From contig NC_068993.1 in assembly GCF_001194135.2 (NCBI RefSeq), positions 1,748,734 through 1,792,453 on the forward strand: a stretch of DNA of 43,720 bases, written 5' to 3'. Below are positions 12,187 through 25,895 of this stretch, piece after piece; positions within the stretch are counted from its first letter, which is position 1, and the number at the start of each line of letters is the position of its first letter. Source of the DNA: Octopus bimaculoides (Eukaryota). The position numbers and the translations under genes were made by a program. Below the pieces are notes generated by a model. It was not told the origin of the DNA. It searched no databases and worked only from the letters and a program-made list of their open reading frames with translations.

Positions 12187-13111
12187 GCTATGAATAGTAG
12201 TAATGAGGTATAAAACAGGCTGTTTGTGAAAATGGAGCTAACGTGAGATGCTGCTTAAAAGATAAAGAATCAATTTTGACTGATATTTCAACAAAGCCTT
12301 CTACCTAGCATGAAACTATAGCCTAAAGGTCTGAAAATGGATGTGTGAAGTAAGCTTATTGAATATTTCAGTAAAAACGACATTGAATATGAAAGGTAAA
12401 TAGAGGGAAAAGCTATTATGTGCACTTATGGCAGTATAAAGGTGACAAAAATATTTTATGATGAGTTAATTCAAAACTGATATTGGTAAATCGAGGAACG
12501 AGGAACTAAAGTGTAGAGGTCATTTTACAGAAAGGTTTTCACCATTACTGGTTTGTTGTGTTAATGGTATATTGGCCAAATTTATGAGTGAAAAAAAGAA
12601 GAGGTGTTTAAATCAATGTGTTTAGCAGAGAATGAAGCTAAAATATGTATAATTTACAATGAAACCACGATAGAGCCGCCATCTACACGCTCTAAAATAA
12701 TTACGGGACTCCTCTCAGTGGTAAAACCATTACCTTGATTCTCATTGTTGTTGATGTTGTTGTAGTTGTCGTCGTTGATGTATTTGTATAGCCCCAGACC
12801 AGCTTTTACCGAGCAGACTAATGATCAGAGTTATTTCAATCATGAACACTTTTCCTGGCAAAGTATTTATAACTACTTTATCGCGCGAGTCCTTCAACTT
12901 TAAGACAGTAGGGCGTGATTTGTAAAAGATGTGGCCGTTATTTCTAGTTTTACCTTTACTTTTTTAAATACTGACCATTTTCTAAGTTTTTCTAACCTAA
13001 TTATATTTCATTGAGAAGGACTTATAATATCGAAACATGTTCATTGCTATTATCAGTTGATCTTAAAAACAAATCGTGTATAGTTCTGCAAATTATATTG
13101 ATTCTAGACCG

Positions 13112-13181
13112 GCTGTGCTGACGAGAACACGGATGTCGTTACGTAAGTAAAACGTTAATGTTCGAAACTGCAGTACACAGC
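13112..13181 (+). ncRNA. Type I hammerhead ribozyme motif, intact core, palindromic stem III
   Basis: GCTGTG(13112-17) CTGACGA(13118-24) GAACA(13125-29) [29-nt insert] TGTTC(13159-63) GAAA(13164-67) CTGCAG TA(13174-75) CACAGC(13176-81). Stem I is 6 Watson-Crick bp and stem II is 5 bp. The CUGANGA and GAAA cores are perfect. The GUA triplet predicts cleavage after 13175. ACTGCAGT is a palindrome. Confidence 0.8.
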
Positions 13182-13412
13182 TAATTCTTTATTTTATATT
13201 TCTCATTTTGTCCTGTTCCGGTGTTCTGCGAATTTTTTCTGGAGAACATTATTTTTCTTTGTGGTTGGGTCGTTGATGACCTCTTTCTAGCATATTGGAT
13301 GTCCACCTAGTGGTCATCCCTTATACACGTGTAATACAATTTTTTCTGAATTTTCTTAACTTTACACGCTTAGACACAACATGGGCATGTTTATGTGTGT
13401 GTGTGTGTGAGT

Positions 13413-13471
<59 letters not shown>

Positions 13472-13569
13472 GGAGAGAGCGCTAGTGAAAAAGCTAGCTA
13501 GCAAGAATAAGAGAACTAGATAGATAGAGAAAGACAGAAAGAGAAGAAACAAAGAATCGAAACCCTGGC

Positions 13570-13655
13570 TGGACTGATGGTTTATTTAACGAAGTATCAA
13601 AGGCAGCGTCAACATCGGCGAAATTCGAACCAGGAACGCAGTGAATCAGCACAAT
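13570..13655 (-). mobile_element. Degenerate family A SINE fragment
   Basis: TCAAAGGCAGCGTCAACATCGGCGAAATTCGAACCAGGAACG resembles the reverse complement of the family A B-box region. Confidence 0.4.
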
Positions 13656-14123
13656 TATCGTATGGCATTTGTTCATTTCTCTAATGATTCTGCAGTTTTG
13701 AAATCTACCTTTAATGGAAATGAACAAATATTTGTTAAATAAATAAATAAATAAATACATAAATAAATGAATGAGTAAATAAATGAGATTTAATGTATTT
13801 TAAAATTGGAAACAGAATAAAGAAAATTTTCGCTGGAAATTGTTGTTCACTTCAAAAGACGATAAAAATGAATGCCGAGATATTTTGTATGAGTTGAGAG
13901 ACGATTTGTTGTATTCAGTGACTTCCAAATGACTTTACTTACTATTGTCCGCAATAGAAATATTTGTTAACGCTACGTTTCTACGTTCCAAGGTTAAGAA
14001 AACAACAAAAACAAACAATAAGAAAAAGCAACAAAATAATCGCCTCTTCATATTCTTCGAAGAATACAGAGTTGTTTAACAATGCTTAATTAGTCAGTAT
14101 ATCATCATTCAGAGAATTCAAAA

Positions 14124-14199
<76 letters not shown>

Positions 14200-15263
14200 C
14201 ACACATACGTATATACATACATACATATATATATACTTATGTATGTATATATATATACTTATGTATGTATATATATACTTATGTATGTATGTATATATAT
14301 GTATAGAGTGAGAGAGACACACACATACATACACTCACACACAGAAATATACATATAAATATATGCATATATATATAGGCATATATATATATATATACAT
14401 ATAAATATNNNNNNNNNNNNNNNNNNNNNNNNNNNNNNNNNNNNNNNNNNNNNNNNNNNNNNNNNNNNNNNNNNNNNNNNNNNNNNNNNNNNNNNNNNNN
14501 NNNNNNNNNNNNNNNNNNNNNNNNNNNNNNNNNNNNNNNNNNNNNNNNNNNNNNNNNNNNNNNNNNNNNNNNNNNNNNNNNNNNNNNNNNNNNNNNNNNN
14601 NNNNNNNNNNNNNNNNNNNNNNNNNNNNNNNNNNNNNNNNNNNNNNNNNNNNNNNNNNNNNNNNNNNNNNNNNNNNNNNNNNNNNNNNNNNNNNNNNNNN
14701 NNNNNNNNNNNNNNNNNNNNNNNNNNNNNNNNNNNNNNNNNNNNNNNNNNNNNNNNNNNNNNNNNNNNNNNNNNNNNNNNNNNNNNNNNNNNNNNNNNNN
14801 NNNNNNNNNNNNNNNNNNNNNNNNNNNNNNNNNNNNNNNNNNNNNNNNNNNNNNNNNNNNNNNNNNNNNNNNNNNNNNNNNNNNNNNNNNNNNNNNNNNN
14901 NNNNNNNNNNNNNNNNNNNNNNNNNNNNNNNNNNNNNNNNNNNNNNNNNNNNNNNNNNNNNNNNNNNNNNNNNNNNNNNNNNNNNNNNNNNNNNNNNNNN
15001 NNNNNNNNNNNNNNNNNNNNNNNNNNNNNNNNNNNNNNNNNNNNNNNNNNNNNNNNNNNNNNNNNNNNNNNNNNNNNNNNNNNNNNNNNNNNNNNNNNNN
15101 NNNNNNNNNNNNNNNNNNNNNNNNNNNNNNNNNNNNNNNNNNNNNNNNNNNNNNNNNNNNNNNNNNNNNNNNNNNNNNNNNNNNNNNNNNNNNNNNNNNN
15201 NNNNNNNNNNNNNNNNNNNNNNNNNNNNNNNNNNNNNNNNNNNNNNNNNNNNNNNNNNNNNNN

Positions 15264-15328
<65 letters not shown>

Positions 15329-16506
15329 CGTATATATATACGTATATATATATTTCAACCTTCAAAACTGAAATACGAGTATGTACGCATGAATTTTAAT
15401 ACACACATAGACACATACACAGACACACAGACATATAGACAGACACTTACAGACATACACACATCTTTCACCAAAGATAATCACTTCTTACCAACACAAA
15501 ACTTCTCAACTGATTTATCACTTCAGAAGCTTTTACAAAGATTGTGATGCGACAGACAGTCACACCTCACCTCGTATAGCCTCATTCACTGCCTTGAAGA
15601 ACCTCATGCGATCCAGCTATGGATGCCTAGATACATCTATGTATATCTATGTGTAACTAGGTACATCTGGATATATCTACACAAATCTAGATATACCTAG
15701 ATATATATTTTCCCTGAGATAATTTCAATATATATACTTTAACAATACGATCATATTAACACCCTTGAAATTTCTCATTAAAGCCTCCAGTTATTAATTA
15801 TTTACCTGCTTCTATATTCTATCCTCAACAAGGCTTCCCTCTAATGATATTCTATGTTACAATATAAATTCTCTTCTTAATTCACCAGTCTTTATCACTC
15901 GAAAATCCTCAAGATAGCATCTAGAAAATTAATTCAAAAACTTATGGCTTCTCGATATTCCAAGTTTAAGATACGTCTGTGTAATGTTATGTGATTGTGT
16001 GCCCTTGAGGCGTGACTACTACAAGCTGCAGCTTTATCTACTCAAAACTGAGCACAGCTATTCAAACTATCAATATAATTGTTCCTCATATTTTGTCTTT
16101 TATTCAGTTCACATCCGTTTATCTTTTACACGACTCCCATCAGCACTAATCTGAACTCTTGCAGAAGAATGCACATTTCCCTAAGTCGTTATTCGTTCAA
16201 TACATTTATTTCTATATTTGCTTGTATTTCCAACGTAATCTTCCTGTAATAATAACTCAATCATGTTTTATTTTTAATATATTTATTTAAAATCCATTGA
16301 TTATATTATAGAGAGCGTATTTCGGTTAATATTTATGGTAGCATTCATTCGCACGCATACATCGTATACGTGTATGCGTGTGCATACATGGAAACAACAC
16401 AAAGCAGTATATATATTGTTACATATATACGTATGCACGTATTCACACACACACGCACGCACATACACACACACACGTATGCACACATACACACACATAT
16501 ATATGT

Positions 16507-16545
<39 letters not shown>

Positions 16546-16850
16546 NNNNNNNNNNNNNNNNNNNNNNNNNNNNNNNNNNNNNNNNNNNNNNNNNNNNNNN
16601 NNNNNNNNNNNNNNNNNNNNNNNNNNNNNNNNNNNNNNNNNNNNNNNNNNNNNNNNNNNNNNNNNNNNNNNNNNNNNNNNNNNNNNNNNNNNNNNNNNNN
16701 NNNNNNNNNNNNNNNNNNNNNNNNNNNNNNNNNNNNNNNNNNNNNNNNNNNNNNNNNNNNNNNNNNNNNNNNNNNNNNNNNNNNNNNNNNNNNNNNNNNN
16801 NNNNNNNNNNNNNNNNNNNNNNNNNNNNNNNNNNNNNNNNNNNNNNNNNN

Positions 16851-16896
<46 letters not shown>

Positions 16897-17531
16897 TATA
16901 TAATTTTCTCTACACTCGTACACACCCATATACATACATCATTCTGTGTCTCAAACTCATATTTATCCATATACGTACAAATGCATAGACAAGAGAACTC
17001 TCTCTCTTTCGCCCTCTCTCACACACACACGTACACGTATATGTATTATATCTACATATATATATGTACTTATATATACACGTAGTTGTGTTTATACGCA
17101 TTCACACATGGCAGGTTGAAACAGGAGAGAATTAAGTGCAGTGATAAAGGAAAATGAACTGGTTTATAACACAACAACAGTAAAACGGAGAAAAACGCGG
17201 CTGTGGTGAATGTATCAGAAATAGTTGATGATTGAAGTACAAAAAGGATAGGAATAGCAGCTGTTAGAATAAACACAACCACAATAGAAACAACACCACA
17301 ACTAACTCGCAGAACAATCATGATTATTAATCTGAAAATCTTTACCAAATTGGTTTTCAATATTTTAAGACTTTTAATCTTCCATAAGATTTCTATTTTC
17401 TTGTTGCGAAGAACGTTCTACTTTAAAACAACAATTTTCAAAGAAATTATTTAATTCTAATTGATGACAAAATATATTCGTTTGAAATAAGAAACATAGA
17501 TCGATAGAATTACTTGAATCAGGTTGTCGCG

Positions 17532-17603
<72 letters not shown>

Positions 17604-18630
17604 AAAATGCTATTCTGGCAATGTATTAGCCATTGGTTTCAACATAGGTTTGAGGCTTTTTACTGGACCGCCAACAAAAGGAGTTAAACAGTAGCAATTC
17701 TGTTTTTATAGGATTCCTTCTAAATTACGCATTTCTTTTATTCTAGTAGCTAGATTTCTCAAATATTCATTGTGCCTATTTGGGTATTTATGAAATGATG
17801 ATAAATATCACATTTCATGAAACACTGATATCTAACATTTAAAAATGAATTCCACAACTCTTTGGGTGACAGAACTACTATTTATACACGTCGGCTTCCA
17901 ATTACTTTATTGTGGATAATTAACAAAGATCTAACTTAATTTATGTGCTGACCACAAATAATTTAATTAATCAATGCTTTGTATTTAAGACAGCTAAGCT
18001 TTGTTGAACAAAGGTTAGTTAAACCAAACACAATCAAGGAGGACAACTAAAAAAAATAAAATTAAATGAATTGATGCACCGGAGTTACAATTAATTAAAT
18101 AGTTTGTTTAGGCCCACTTTAGCCATGACTGAGAGGCACTTTGCTCAAAGAAATCCAGTACAGAGTTGCTATCATTGCTCAGTTAGGGGTGAATTATGAT
18201 CCTGCAAATCTGTGAACAAACGCATTCTCAGATATGACCATGCCAAATATTTAGTTTTTGAAAGGCTAAGACACAAGAGAAACGGCCGATGCTACGACCC
18301 TGTCAAGGGCCTCTGGCGCTGATGAGAAAAACAGTTATTTTCAGATAGGTGACAAGGTTCAGATGCTTGCAACAGACTCGATCCCGCTAAGAGTGGGCGT
18401 GTGTTTAGTTGGTAGATTTAAACAATTTTAGGTTATTATGTAATGTGTCCTTTCTCTATGACAATCTGACAGCGATTTGACTGGTATTTCTAGTAGATGG
18501 AGCAAATACACAAATGTTGCTACATTTATTTGTGTAGTGTTAGTACCATTATATGAACCATGAAGCTTTCAGACTGGTTGGACACCATTCTGTTGTCTCA
18601 GCCAGTAGTTATTTCGACACACACACCCTC

Positions 18631-18661
<31 letters not shown>

Positions 18662-19361
18662 CTTTCTCTCTCTTTCTCTCTCTTTCTCTCTCTTTCTCTC
18701 TCTTTCTCTCTCATACATACACACTATCTTTAGGAAGATATGAAAGATAATACAGTTAGTTCTGTACGGAAAAGAAATTTCTTTAATAAAATATATTCCT
18801 GCCCTTTCCTGTGCCCTCTACACAGGTCCAACCGCTAATGTAATAAAAATTGGTAAAGAGAAGCTGAATTCTTTTTTGATTGATGACAGCTAGCAATCAT
18901 CGATGTATTCTAATACTTCTGGTCTTTGACAAGATCATATGTTTCATTTTGTCCTGATCTCTTTAAAAGCATTGCTCAGACATAAAAAAATGTCGAAAAA
19001 AACCATGACTTATCTAGATTACAATTTAATAGATCATTTAAAAGCTTACGCTATTTCCTTCAATATATTTAATAGAAATATTTTATTGAACTCTCATATA
19101 GAAATAATAGAATATTATGTACTTTAATATTTCATGAATGGATAATTGTATCTTGGTTATGGTTTTAAATGCCTTTTACGATGTACTAACATTTTAAGGA
19201 AGACAAGTAAGATGTATTATAGCATAAAAACACTAAGAGGAAAGCAAACATCAAAATTTCACCAATTATATTTCATTTGCAATAAAACGATTTTTTTCAT
19301 AAATGGTATTTCCAACATTGTCACCATCACCATCGTCATAACGTCTCTGTTTTTTCTCTGC

Positions 19362-19485
19362 TGACGTCATTGGCTGGGAGTTTCATACAGCTCACCTATT
19401 CATATAGCTTGAGTCTGTCATGTCACCATTCTTACTCCTTATTACTGAGATTCTCAAAGTTTCCTCCGTCATTCCCGACCAATGG
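19362..19485. promoter_or_regulatory. Full CRE palindrome overlapping a CCAAT box, with a second CCAAT box downstream
   Basis: TGACGTCA at 19362-69 overlaps ATTGGCT (minus strand AGCCAATGA). GACCAATGG lies at 19477-85. Confidence 0.3.
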
Positions 19486-19530
19486 ATACCTGTTGTCACT
19501 CATCACTTCACTCTATTTCTTGTGTGTATT

Positions 19531-19895
19531 AAAATTAACATTATCAAATATATTTTAAAATATCAGAATTAACATTATCCAATATTATATTTTAATATAA
19601 GGCGGCGAGATGGCAGAATCGTTAGTACGCCGAACAAAATGCTTGGCGGCATTTCGTCTGTCTTTACGTTCTGAGTTCAAATTCTGCCGAGGTCGACTTT
19701 GCCTTTCATCCATTCGGGGTTAGTGTAATCGATTTACCCTCCTATCCTGATCTTGCTGGTCTTGTGCCAAAATTTGAAATCAATATATTTTAAAATATAG
19801 AAATTAATATTATCTTATATTATATTTTAAAGTATCAAAATTAACATTATCCAATAGACTATATCATCAATTAACGAAATTAACATTATCGAAAG
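19531..19895 (+). repeat. Degenerate AT-rich minisatellite (core AATTAACATTATC) interrupted by a SINE
   Basis: AATTAACATTATC-like cores recur twice before and three times after the 19601-19784 SINE. Confidence 0.7.
19601..19784 (+). mobile_element. tRNA-derived SINE, family A (internal deletion)
   Basis: GGCGGCGAGATGGCAGAATCGTTAG...CTGAGTTCAAATTCTGCCGAGGTCGACTTTGCCTTTCATCC...CTTGTGCCAAAATTTGAAA aligns by eye to the 33221 and 34404 copies. Confidence 0.85.
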
Positions 19896-21428
19896 TAAAG
19901 TATATTTCCCAAATTCTTAATCGTTCTGAACCGTTCATATTGGTTCTTGCCAACCACATCTGATTTCTTTGGAGGCTTTATGTATCATCTTAGACGACAA
20001 GAAATTGCCAACCTCTCATTCAACATTTTTCCATTTTTTGAGGGAATCGTCTCATTAGTAGGGATTCAGTCAAGGTACACAAAATATTATTGGTAGTCAC
20101 TTTGATATACAATTCTTTTACAAATGTTTATGTATCAAAGTAATTAGCTGTAGGATTCTATAAAGAATAATACCTTAACATATTTATAATCAACAATCAT
20201 TGCTGTATATCCCAAAGTTACCCCCAGTTTCATCTTTATTCAGTAAGTCTATGACCGTAGGTTCCTTTTATGATCAACGCATCTTCCATCCGAATATGGT
20301 GCATCTAGAAATATATTATCCAAATTGTATTTCCATATTTTATAACGAAATGATTTGATTTGAGAGAGATTTGGCTCCTGTTTGTAGGAAGTCCATCTGC
20401 TTTGGGACCCAACTAGTATTTATAAGCCACCATTATTAGACAGAGGGACCTGTCGTTGAAAGTAACGTCTTGGTGCCATCATTAAAACTGGCAGAACCTG
20501 TATGATTTGAAATAAACGGTAGAACACAAAAAGTATTATATCAAGTCTCAGAAATATATTTGAATGGGAAAAAGTATGTCTTTATACGACAAAGTCCATT
20601 ACTTTGTTGAAATTGTAACATTTTAGTTAAAAAGAATATAAAGAAACCTCGGGGACTTTATTGGAAGAAAATGTTTAAGAATTTTGACCTTAAAATAATT
20701 TAGCGGTTAAAAGTCGGCTCAAAGTATTCTACAGAAAGATAATGTGTAGAACATGACATTTGGAATCTTTTCCGAAAATGTAAGTTTTTGAAATATTAAC
20801 AGTACACTTTGAAAATTATTTACATGTTTGTGACAAAAATTAAATTAAAAATGTATGTGCTGTTGAATATTTATAGAAATTATATCAAGAGGAGAACCAA
20901 GTTAAGTCTAGTTTTTTTATTAATTAATTGAGAATATGTTTACAAAACTATCAAAGCATTCACCTGTCTTTGCCATTGCTAGGTAAAATTGAAGAAATTA
21001 TTACATGTCTTCAGTAAAATGCTAAAAATCAAGGAATTTAATAAAAATCTTTCAAAATACATGCCCAATTGACTTCCGAAATTGGCGTTGGAAACGAAAA
21101 CGTAAAAATAAATATAAAAATCTGGAAATAAATTCTTAATAATTTATTATCAATATACAAAAGAAATAGTTATTTATTTCTAAAATGTTTTACTCTGAAA
21201 GTAATAAATGCAAAAAGGTTCTACACTCTAATCAAATTTATCAAAATAAAGAAGAAAGAAGTGGTTTTATTTAAGATATGTATTTGATTATTTGTTTCTG
21301 AAACACTAAAGGGTATACATAAATACACACATGCATACATACATATGTGTACATACAAATATAAGTATGTATGTATATATATAAATATATACCCATATGT
21401 ATGCTTACATACAAACATCCATGCATAG

Positions 21429-21467
<39 letters not shown>

Positions 21468-21876
21468 AATATGTGTATATATATATATATATATANNNNN
21501 NNNNNNNNNNNNNNNNNNNNNNNNNNNNNNNNNNNNNNNNNNNNNNNNNNNNNNNNNNNNNNNNNNNNNNNNNNNNNNNNNNNNNNNNNNNNNNNNNNNN
21601 NNNNNNNNNNNNNNNNNNNNNNNNNNNNNNNNNNNNNNNNNNNNNNNNNNNNNNNNNNNNNNNNNNNNNNNNNNNNNNNNNNNNNNNTTTGAAAACTAAA
21701 ATACCTGACTGTCCATTTTAGTGCATTGAATAAAGTAAAAGAGTGAGTTTTAGAATAATTTCAGATGATATTAAATCCAAGACAAAATTTCATCTCTTTT
21801 AGTTGATTCATGACATTTTACTAATATTTTACCAAAATATTAAAATGTTATCATTGATTTCTTAGCAAAAGAGAAA

Positions 21877-21956
21877 GGCAGGCGGGCAGGCGGGCAGACG
21901 GGCAGGCGGGCAGACGGGCAGGCGGGCAGGCGGGCAGGCGGGCAGGCGGGCAGGCA
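21877..21956 (+). repeat. (GGCAGGCG)n octamer array with nine GGG tracts
   Basis: GGG at 21884, 21892, 21900, 21908, 21916, 21924, 21932, 21940 and 21948 with 5-nt spacers. Confidence 0.95.
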
Positions 21957-22100
21957 AATACACATGCATACATGGATGAATAAATACATACATGTATAAT
22001 TATATGTATGTATACATATATATATATTTATGCATATGTATACCTACATACATACATACATGTATATATATATGTCTATACACAAACACACACATACACG

Positions 22101-22310
<210 letters not shown>

Positions 22311-22941
22311 TTTATTCGTCGTTCCTCCCAGCCACTTGCCTCCCACCTATCCCCTTCATGTGGTTTTGCGTATATACATGTATGAACCTATGTATATAAG
22401 AATATGTAAGCGTATTTATACGTATGCGTGTACGTTTCTATCTTTCGCAGATAAATGTCATCGTAGAGTGTAAGCATCAGCGAACAACATATTCTCTTTG
22501 AATGAAGACTTATCAACCAAGTTAGAGACATTACCGAAAATGAGACCCATGCGTCGATCCCTCAGTCACCGGAAGAAATGGCACGTGTGACCTAAAGACT
22601 ATTGAACAGAATTTTTTCGGCGTAAAATAAAACGTATAGAGTAGCCCACCACATTAAAATAAAATTGTTTTATTATAACTGAACATAAAAACAAACATTA
22701 ATGTTTATATATATATATATATATATATATNNNNNNNNNNNNNNNNNNNNNNNNNNNNNNNNNNNNNNNNNNNNNNNNNNNNNNNNNNNNNNNNNNNNNN
22801 NNNNNNNNNNNNNNNNNNNNNNNNNNNNNNNNNNNNNNNNNNNNNNNNNNNNNNNNNNNNNNNNNNNNNNNNNNNNNNNNNNNNNNNNNNNNNNNNNNNN
22901 NNNNNNNNNNNNNNNNNNNNNNNNNNNNNNNNNNNNNNNNN

Positions 22942-22986
<45 letters not shown>

Positions 22987-24058
22987 CATACACATATATA
23001 TAGATACATGCATATATACTTGCGATGTGCATTTAATATCCAGAGAAACGAGCGCCTCACTGGCACAGAAGCAAGATTAACACTAGGGCGGAAAAATATT
23101 CACACTTGGAATGTTATACGTCGAGACAAAGGAACGAATATTTTCAATAAGTTGTTCACGGTTGTCGTCCATCGCATATTACTATTTTTAAAAAAATATT
23201 CTCTTTAAGTTAAATATATTACCACAAAGTTAATTATCTGCTTCAAAACTTGTACAATCGCTGAAAATATTTACATTTATTATAAGATTCATGGTAAAAT
23301 GATATGCTGGAATGGATATTTTCTCCAAATTTCCTCAAGGTTTGAACGTGTGATCAGCTTCTTTAAAACTAAGGCAGCGGAAATTATGTAGCTTTCATTC
23401 TTCATTCTTTGCTTTTTACTTTAAAAAATTCTGTCATTTTCAATTATTCTTACTATTGGGAAACTTTACTAATCCATTTAAAAAATCAATTTATCAATTG
23501 TCATCTCTTCTTCTTGCATCTTGAGCTGTTTGAATATAATACGAGTATAAAAAATGATCAAACTCTTTGGACTGATGAGGTACGATATATTGAAACAACT
23601 GCCTGTAGAGACACTTAAGTAAATATGTAGGAAAAAATACATTTCTTTGAATTTTTCTTTATTACCGAGAATAAAAGAACGATTTATATTCTTCACATGC
23701 TTCTTTTCTCCTACACGAGATGAAAGAACTAACCACATAGTTCAATCATTGCTTTAGAAACAATCAAAACAAACTGAAATAAATTGTCTAGTGGAACTTT
23801 TTCATTTTTAGATGGTGAAAGCCCTTGTTGGCCCTGCTCTTGAAATGACAAAGCTGATGACGGATTCTTTTGAAGTCTCCTGAAAGGTTGTTAACTTAAC
23901 ACCAAATCTCCGTTAAAAATACCATTCTTTACGAAGAATTAGTTTCATTATTATAGATGTGTAGAAAGCAAACTAATGTGCAGTAATTACTTGTGAGGTG
24001 TAAAAAGTCGAAAGTTTTGGACACTTGTTCTTCAAAAGGAGAGAAAGAAGGTGTGAGT

Positions 24059-24095
<37 letters not shown>

Positions 24096-24747
24096 NNNNN
24101 NNNNNNNNNNNNNNNNNNNNNNNNNNNNNNNNNNNNNNNNNNNNNNNNNNNNNNNNNNNNNNNNNNNNNNNNNNNNNNNNNNNNNNNNNNNNNNNNNNNN
24201 NNNNNNNNNNNNNNNNNNNNNNNNNNNNNNNNNNNNNNNNNNNNNNNNNNNNNNNNNNNNNNNNNNNNNNNNNNNNNNNNNNNNNNNNNNNNNNNNNNNN
24301 NNNNNNNNNNNNNNNNNNNNNNNNNNNNNNNNNNNNNNNNNNNNNNNNNNNNNNNNNNNNNNNNNNNNNNNNNNNNNNNNNNNNNNNNNNNNNNNNNNNN
24401 NNNNNNNNNNNNNNNNNNNNNNNNNNNNNNNNNNNNNNNNNNNNNNNNNNNNNNNNNNNNNNNNNNNNNNNNNNNNNNNNNNNNNNNNNNNNNNNNNNNN
24501 NNNNNNNNNNNNNNNNNNNNNGAGGAGAAAAAATGTTCGTGAGAGAGAAATATAAAGATAGATAGAAAGAGAAAAATAGAGAGAGAGAAAGAGTGAGAGA
24601 GTGAAAGAGAGAGTGAAAGAGAGAGTGTATGTTAGATAGAGAGGTAGTGTTGTCACCATAGTAACTGACAAGTTTTCATTAAAAACGCGGGAATCGTAAG
24701 TGCAAATCTGTCGACACAACACAGCACAAAGTTCAAAAAAGGTTATT

Positions 24748-24792
<45 letters not shown>

Positions 24793-25184
24793 GTTAGTTT
24801 TGGGTTGTTTGTTTGTATGTGTGTGTGTCTCTGTGTGTGCACGCGTCTTTCAACATATAGACAACACAACGCGGACTTTAAACAAGGACTTTCACATTGA
24901 AAAGTTTGTGATGGCACGTGCACGATTAACAAATATTTTTACCGGCAGCGTAGCGACGGGAAAAAGGCCTAGTCCTCATAAGTCACAGCTGTGATTTTTT
25001 TTCTATAAACCAAATTCCTCCCAGATTACTCCAAGACGACTACAAATCTTCAATAAAACGATAAATTTACAGAAAATCTCATTTTAAATTGATTAAATAA
25101 AGAATAAACCAGCCAAAATTAAATCCAGACACAACTAAATCTCATAACAATTGAAGATAGAAATAGCAATAAAGAATACAGGGG

Positions 25185-25207
25185 TAATAATAATAATAAT
25201 AATAATG

Positions 25208-25253
<46 letters not shown>

Positions 25254-25569
25254 TGACAACAACGATGACAATGATGGTGACAATGATGATGATGATGATG
25301 ATAATGATGATGACACTAATAATGGTAATGACAGTGAACTAGCTAAGCAATCTTGTAGAAACAAACTAATAACTGTGAAATACAAGAACAATCACGAAAA
25401 ACCATGTTTATTAAATACAAGACACTCAGAACTCCCCCCTCTCTCTCTCTCTCTTACATATTCTCTCTCTTCTGTCTGTCTGTCCGTCTGTCTCACTTTT
25501 TCACTCTCTTTCACTCTTTCTCTCTCTCACACTCTCTTTTCTGTCTATCTGTCTCTGCCTGTCTGTCTT

Positions 25570-25640
<71 letters not shown>

Positions 25641-25822
25641 CTCTCTCTCTCTGTTTCTCTCTCTCTGTCAGACATCTTCTGTACAGAAAGGAAAGGTAGA
25701 ATTCCTTGAAATACCTTAAGGCTGCCTATTAATAAGAGGAATTTTATTGTGAAACTATACAAGGGAAACGGGCGACCATTCAGATTGGAATTAATTTTTA
25801 ACCAATGAAAATGATTATGATG

Positions 25823-25895
<73 letters not shown>

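Noticed and set aside
13011-13045. TTGAGAAGGAC...TCGAAACATGTT, a possible degenerate partner hammerhead upstream of 13112
   Set aside because: It has GAAA plus the palindrome ACATGT, but the CUGANGA core and stems I and II are broken. It cannot be distinguished from chance.
18320-18350. CTGATGA followed by a GAAAA/TTTTC hairpin
   Set aside because: There is no GAAA after the stem, so it is not a hammerhead.
23572-23612. CTGATGA...GAAAC...GTA hammerhead-like spacing
   Set aside because: Stem II is weak with G-U pairs and a mismatch, and no stem I forms next to the core.
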